From IMG/VR virus record IMGVR_UViG_3300026512_000002, positions 1-64,000 of that record: a DNA stretch of 64,000 nucleotides; one strand, 5' to 3'. The position numbers and the translations under genes were made by a program. This document shows positions 58,680-64,000 of the stretch, piece by piece (positions within the stretch are counted from its first letter, which is position 1; each line of letters starts with the position of its first letter). The notes under the pieces were generated by a model. That model was not told where the DNA came from and did no database searches. It saw only the letters and a list, made by a program, of their open reading frames with translations.

Positions 58680-61600
58680 TTAAGCTCCTAAATTATAGAA
58701 ATTAGATAATGTTAGTTTTTCACTCATATTAACATCATCTAGCACATCAACATTACGTGTAATTATATGGTCATCGTAAACCTTTATATTATTGTCGGAA
58801 AACTCATTAAGCTTAAATATAGATCTATTTAACATTATATCTATGGTATATGATTTAAAGAATAATAACACTGTTCTTATATGTTCCTTCATATAGTGTG
58901 AATAATTACTATTATTTAAAAATGTCTTAACTTCTGTATTATCTATAAAACTTATCATACTTTCTATAAGTTCAATCAATCTATTTTTATATTCAGTATT
59001 TCGTTCTTTAAAAGAAGCATTGTCAAAATCATCAACATCGACACAATTAATCCAATCAACAAATGTTGATAATCCTTTATCTAATAAATATTCTGAATAT
59101 GTTTCATAAAATATTCCTGGTTGACCCGGTTTTTCAAAAAACATTCTACTATATTTAATTTTATATTGCATATCCATAAAGCTTCTAACCTTGTTGTATT
59201 CTTCAATATCAGATACATTAGACATTATATCATCATGTGAGCGTTTAGCGTGTAGCAGTGATGTTAGGTTATCAAAAACGTAATTCTGTGTCAATGCGTA
59301 ATCACCATATAGTGTGTTATAATTATCTATAATATATTTCACAGTATCCAACCTATCTATATGGTTAACATATTGCATGATGTTATTATTATTATTATTA
59401 TTAATAATGACATCTAATCCTAGTAGTTGCATGTGAACATAGGTATTAGCAGCATCATATGTAAAAACATGTCTATCACCAGATAATGATTCAACTTTTA
59501 CAATACTATTAGAAATATTTTCATGATCTATTATTAAATCATAAACAGCTACTTCAGAATATGAGCCTACGGTACCCAATAAATAATCTATTTTTAAATG
59601 CTGTCCAACATATATATTTGTACAATCACCCCTCAATGTATCAGACATATCACCACTAGGTGTCACCAATTTAGTAAAAGATGCAACATTTCCATTATGT
59701 GCTTTAATATCATATACATTATCATATGTATTGTTAAAACCATATATGTATTTTATATCAGAGTCGTCCATAATAGTTACATCTTGTACACCCATAGTCT
59801 TATTAACTAAAATTGCCATACCGATTAAACCATCCATTATGGATATAGGAATATTCGATATATCTATATTGGTGAATTTTATTTTATCATCTATTAACGG
59901 ATTTATATTCATATAGAGCGATTTTAGGTAACTAAACATATATACTAGTTGGTTTATAGTAATGCTATTACCCACCACATTTTCAACAGAATAATATTTA
60001 GTATTTATAAAATTGAATTCTTTTTCTTTAATTTCGGTCTCACTAGCTTTCCAACTACTATCAGCATCTACTATTTCATGATAATCATAAATGTTATCAG
60101 CATCAGCTGTTATTGCTGCTGCTTGTATGTCATATTCATCATATGGTATTCTTATAAATTTTAAATCAGTCATTGTCTCCATACTTGGATTTGTCTCAAC
60201 AATTCTTTTCTTTAGAAGACCCAACCATTCAACATCACTATACCAAATATTTAACACTTGAGATAGTTTAACAGTTTTGGTATATTCTGTACCGTTTATC
60301 GAGTTGGTACCACAATTATTGATCATTATATAATTAGATAGGGTATTGATATGTATGTCTATATTGTTCAATGCTATTAATTTCAAACTATCGTATATGT
60401 TTTCACATATCATAATAGTTTCATCAATACCAATCATGTCACCATCAACGTTTTCTATTTCACGTATAAAACTATTTATAAGTTCATTTATATAATCATA
60501 GTTGCAACTTACATCACCATTAGTATCTATAGATATATAGTCATCAGATATAATATGGTCACGCAAGATATCTTTGAAAGTTTGTTTAAGAAGACTATCG
60601 ATACGGGATTTATAACTTATATTAGACATATCTAATAATTTTTTAATGGAACTAGTATTTAATTTCAACACATTTGGTCTTATTATATCTTTGAGAATAT
60701 TTTTATTAAACTCAACATATTTAGAGTTCCATGAATCAATGTTTAACATATTGTCGTTTATATAAGACATCATATTACTAATACTGTCATCTTTTAACGA
60801 ATTTATATCTACAATAGGTTCGCTTGTAGTGGTTAATTCATATGCTGGGTTATAGTATAAAACTAATGTGTTTTCTGTCGATATCATAACATCTTCATAT
60901 TCATCATACGTTCCCATTTTTATAACATTTACAACTTCACCATTTTTCTCAATAGCCTCTTTTCTACTTAAGATAGGCGTATTATATAGTTTAAAATATT
61001 CAACATATTCATTATTATCACCATATTCAACTTTCATATATAATTCTTTTTCTATCACATATGGTGAACCATCCAATTCATATGGTCTACTGGTTTGATT
61101 TTTTATATCTTCTAATAGTCTTGTTGGTAACTCAATTTTATTTTCATCAACAATCGTCATATTGTGATCGCTTAAATTGAATTTAGTATACGGTATCGAT
61201 TTAAATATAGTAACACCATTTAAAACATCATATTTAGATGGTAAACTATATGTAACTCTATTCCTGTCCAATAATTCGATAAAATTATGTTCGATATTAT
61301 CATATATGAATAATTTATTATATTTATCTAATGTTGTTTTATCAACACCACCATCCAGTTGTAAAAATCCGGATGTTTTAATTTTTTTTTCATTATAAAA
61401 TTCAAAATTGATTTTTTTTTTAGTCTGAATTAGATTGTTTAATCTATATTCTAAACGTTTTTGTTTCTTTTCAATTTTCTTAATAAAAGAAAAGAAATAT
61501 TTAGTAGACTTTTCCAATCTTTTAATTTTATCAAACATTACACCATCTTCGGTTTCACCATTTGAATTGGTAGTTGCACGTTGTCTACTCAATTCTGATA

Positions 61601-62459
61601 ATTTAGCATTAAGTTTATCAAATATACTTATACCATCACCATCACTACCGAAAGATAGTGATAGATACTTCCATGACTCTGCTAAACCATAAATGTATTC
61701 AGTGTTACCTGAAAAATCAATATTGGCCATACTTGTTGATCCATATGCGTTACTATAATTATTAATAGTTTCTTCGTCTACATTAAAAATTTTTGATATT
61801 TCCAACAACACATCATCCCAATTATTATTATTTTTATTATATTCTAATACAACTTTAATTCTATCAGTATTATTAGCATCATCCATTCTATCTTTCCACA
61901 TTTGGATTTGTGGAGAATATGCTGCTAGTTTTAAAAAACTAGTATTGCCATCATTTTGTAAACCTGATATATAATCAGTAACATTGTTTAAATGTTTTTT
62001 CAATTCATCTGTTTCATTAAAAAAGGTATCATCGTAAACTAATTTCTTGATTTCTAATAGATAAGTATTTATCATACTCAATAATCCATATATATCCTGT
62101 TGTGTTGAACGCATGTTTTGGTCATCAATATCAACCCAGTAGTCAACCAAACTAGTATTAGGTATTGGATCACCGTTTTCATCAACCCAACCAACACTAC
62201 TGGCTTCATCAGGATCCATATCAACAGGATCAACACATGTTTTATTATCATCAGTATTAGTGTTATCATTGTCAGCGTTTTTAGTAATATCTGGTAAATT
62301 AATAATGCTAGTAGCACCATTTGAATTATTATGAGATATTTCTTCAATAATTCTCATTCTTTCAATAGTTGTTAGATTGGCTTTATCAAATTGTTCTGAT
62401 AGTCTACTATCATCAATAATACCGTTTATCGTAAACATATCTTCATATATGTTGCTCAT
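58680..62459 (-). CDS. Baseplate wedge-like protein
   Basis: 1259 aa; C-terminal FNFINTKY and VLLFFKSYT patterns recalled from AR9-like baseplate proteins. Confidence 0.55.
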   Translation of the reverse strand: MSNIYEDMFTINGIIDDSRLSEQFDKANLTTIERMRIIEEISHNNSNGATSIINLPDITKNADNDNTNTDDNKTCVDPVDMDPDEASSVGWVDENGDPIPNTSLVDYWVDIDDQNMRSTQQDIYGLLSMINTYLLEIKKLVYDDTFFNETDELKKHLNNVTDYISGLQNDGNTSFLKLAAYSPQIQMWKDRMDDANNTDRIKVVLEYNKNNNNWDDVLLEISKIFNVDEETINNYSNAYGSTSMANIDFSGNTEYIYGLAESWKYLSLSFGSDGDGISIFDKLNAKLSELSRQRATTNSNGETEDGVMFDKIKRLEKSTKYFFSFIKKIEKKQKRLEYRLNNLIQTKKKINFEFYNEKKIKTSGFLQLDGGVDKTTLDKYNKLFIYDNIEHNFIELLDRNRVTYSLPSKYDVLNGVTIFKSIPYTKFNLSDHNMTIVDENKIELPTRLLEDIKNQTSRPYELDGSPYVIEKELYMKVEYGDNNEYVEYFKLYNTPILSRKEAIEKNGEVVNVIKMGTYDEYEDVMISTENTLVLYYNPAYELTTTSEPIVDINSLKDDSISNMMSYINDNMLNIDSWNSKYVEFNKNILKDIIRPNVLKLNTSSIKKLLDMSNISYKSRIDSLLKQTFKDILRDHIISDDYISIDTNGDVSCNYDYINELINSFIREIENVDGDMIGIDETIMICENIYDSLKLIALNNIDIHINTLSNYIMINNCGTNSINGTEYTKTVKLSQVLNIWYSDVEWLGLLKKRIVETNPSMETMTDLKFIRIPYDEYDIQAAAITADADNIYDYHEIVDADSSWKASETEIKEKEFNFINTKYYSVENVVGNSITINQLVYMFSYLKSLYMNINPLIDDKIKFTNIDISNIPISIMDGLIGMAILVNKTMGVQDVTIMDDSDIKYIYGFNNTYDNVYDIKAHNGNVASFTKLVTPSGDMSDTLRGDCTNIYVGQHLKIDYLLGTVGSYSEVAVYDLIIDHENISNSIVKVESLSGDRHVFTYDAANTYVHMQLLGLDVIINNNNNNNIMQYVNHIDRLDTVKYIIDNYNTLYGDYALTQNYVFDNLTSLLHAKRSHDDIMSNVSDIEEYNKVRSFMDMQYKIKYSRMFFEKPGQPGIFYETYSEYLLDKGLSTFVDWINCVDVDDFDNASFKERNTEYKNRLIELIESMISFIDNTEVKTFLNNSNYSHYMKEHIRTVLLFFKSYTIDIMLNRSIFKLNEFSDNNIKVYDDHIITRNVDVLDDVNMSEKLTLSNFYNLGA

Positions 62460-62625
62460 ATTATGACTCCACTTGTACTGAAATTAATGTTGGTTAAAAA
62501 AATATGTAAACTGAAATATCTTTTAGTAACATATTAATGTAGTGTTTATGGCTACTTGTTAATTTAATCTAAGAGGATTGAATAAGTAGGTGAAAGTAAT
62601 GGTTAGTAAATTTGAGACATGTATT

Positions 62626-62652
62626 AATATATATATATATATATATATATAT
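62626..62652. repeat. (AT)n microsatellite
   Basis: About 13 AT units within a palindromic context upstream of 62683. Confidence 0.85.
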
Positions 62653-62682
62653 TAATACACTTATTCAGTTAAAGGAGTTAAA

Positions 62683-63078
62683 ATGAAGAAAAGTGAAACA
62701 GTAAAAACAAGTGTAGATGATCTACGTTTTATCAGATTAAACCTCAGTATTGATATTTTAGATAAAGATATTGATAGAGTTAATCTTGAAGTTGTATCAA
62801 AAACTATTAACGATTTAAAAAGTTTTATTAATAAATATGACAATATTGTAACGTTTAGTAAAAGAAATAGTTATAATATCAAGGTAAATGATCCATATAT
62901 TACGGATGCTATTGATGTAAAGATATATCATACACTTAAATTGCTTGAGATAAATACATCTGAAAAAGATATATCTAAAGCTGTTAAGTTATTAATTGCT
63001 AAATATGTTAAACGTATGAAATTTTTGCAAAAAGATGTGGGAATAACTACAGATGAGTATGAGATATTAGGTAGATAA
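62683..63078 (+). CDS. Hypothetical early protein
   Basis: SD AAGGAG; CATATTAA-N6-G at ~62530. Confidence 0.75.
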   Translation: MKKSETVKTSVDDLRFIRLNLSIDILDKDIDRVNLEVVSKTINDLKSFINKYDNIVTFSKRNSYNIKVNDPYITDAIDVKIYHTLKLLEINTSEKDISKAVKLLIAKYVKRMKFLQKDVGITTDEYEILGR

Positions 63079-63316
63079 ACGTTGATTATGTGTGGGGATT
63101 ATATGTTTCCACACATAATCACATTGATTAATTATAATAGTTAAAAGAACTTTAGAATAGAAAGATTATCGAGAAATTAGCCCACCAATTAGAAATACAA
63201 TATAATAAAGGCAAATATTCATATTGTAATAATACTGATAATAGTGATGTTGAATTAGTTGTCATATCATCTGAGTGGAGCGGTTATGTGTATATGATCG
63301 ATAATATAAAATTAGT

Positions 63317-63538
63317 ATGGGAGATAGTATGAATAAAATTGATTTTAGAAAAAAATCACAATATATTGGTAATATGTATATATGGATAGGTAAACATCTT
63401 GTCCGATATGGTGTAAATGGAACATCTTTTCACGATTCTATATCTAGAGATGAGTTTTCAAATGAAGACATTATGTATATGATTTATAAAAAAATTAATA
63501 ATGATCATAAGACAATTGTTTTTGAAAATAAATTTTAA
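63317..63538 (+). CDS. Hypothetical protein
   Basis: 73-aa ORF; start may be at 63329. Confidence 0.55.
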   Translation: MGDSMNKIDFRKKSQYIGNMYIWIGKHLVRYGVNGTSFHDSISRDEFSNEDIMYMIYKKINNDHKTIVFENKF

Positions 63539-63555
63539 TTTAACGGAGAAATAAA

Positions 63556-63981
63556 ATGAGCAGATATTATAACGGAGATATAAGTGGTAAGTTTATGTTT
63601 GGAATTCAAGATTCTGATGCCGCAGATCAATTTGGAGTAGAAGGTGTGAGACCAAATATATTAGAATATTATTACGATATTGATGATTTACCAAAAGTAG
63701 AAAAAAGATTAGATGAGCTTAATAATATATTAAAAGGTGATGGTAATAAAGTTGAAGATTATATAAATAAAAAAAGAGTAAATGAGCTTAATGATATATT
63801 AAAAGGTGGTGATAATAGAATAAATAATTCATATACCACTACTGATATAGCATCTGCTCTTAATATGAGCGAGAAACATGTTAATGAGCTTTTGTTATAT
63901 ATTGCTGATAAAAGATTGGGAAAAGAAATATATGATGCTCTTATTGAGCTTAAACAATGTTATTTTGAAGCGGAATTATAA
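63556..63981 (+). CDS. Conserved-type phage hypothetical protein with internal 21-aa duplication
   Basis: MSRYYNGDISGKFMFGIQDS...CYFEAEL; KKRxxELNxILKG occurs twice. Confidence 0.75.
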   Translation: MSRYYNGDISGKFMFGIQDSDAADQFGVEGVRPNILEYYYDIDDLPKVEKRLDELNNILKGDGNKVEDYINKKRVNELNDILKGGDNRINNSYTTTDIASALNMSEKHVNELLLYIADKRLGKEIYDALIELKQCYFEAEL

Positions 63982-64000
63982 TTAAGTAGAAGTGTGGTTA

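Noticed and set aside
4091-62843. Numerous short antisense ORFs within long genes
   Set aside because: Opposite-strand shadows of well-supported CDSs, lacking RBS and motifs.
1-64000. tRNA, tmRNA, rRNA, RNase P, IS elements
   Set aside because: No T-loop/cloverleaf, CCA-ended tRNA-like domain, GAGGAAAGUC motif or transposase motif found by eye.

Overview
A 64-kb, very AT-rich segment of a jumbo myophage of the AR9/PBS1/phiKZ-related supergroup. The evidence is a split multisubunit RNA-polymerase beta'-like subunit, AR9-type late promoter motifs (AACA-N6-TA) ahead of most virion genes, and a YATATTAN-N6-G early-promoter motif ahead of accessory units. It encodes nucleotide metabolism genes (class II RNR NrdJ with a Gln-terminated mini-intein, NrdJb, dUTPase, thymidine kinase), HU, many tail-fibre/baseplate proteins and a probable spanin pair (diderm host). 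It also carries a split Type IIG-like restriction-modification cassette flanked by a duplicated terminator, a patatin phospholipase, a four-domain effector polyprotein (nuclease / unknown / ADP-ribosyltransferase-like / ITPase) and an AcrIII-1 (DUF1874) ring nuclease. The most unusual signal is a dispersed panel of about eight GC-enriched, densely base-paired transcription units (about 0.2-1.1 kb), most with their own early promoter and terminator. Several appear non-coding; others carry small ORFs, including acrIII-1, whose coding sequence and RBS are themselves folded into helices. All RNA pairings were read by eye and all protein assignments come from motif recognition; no folding or database search was run.
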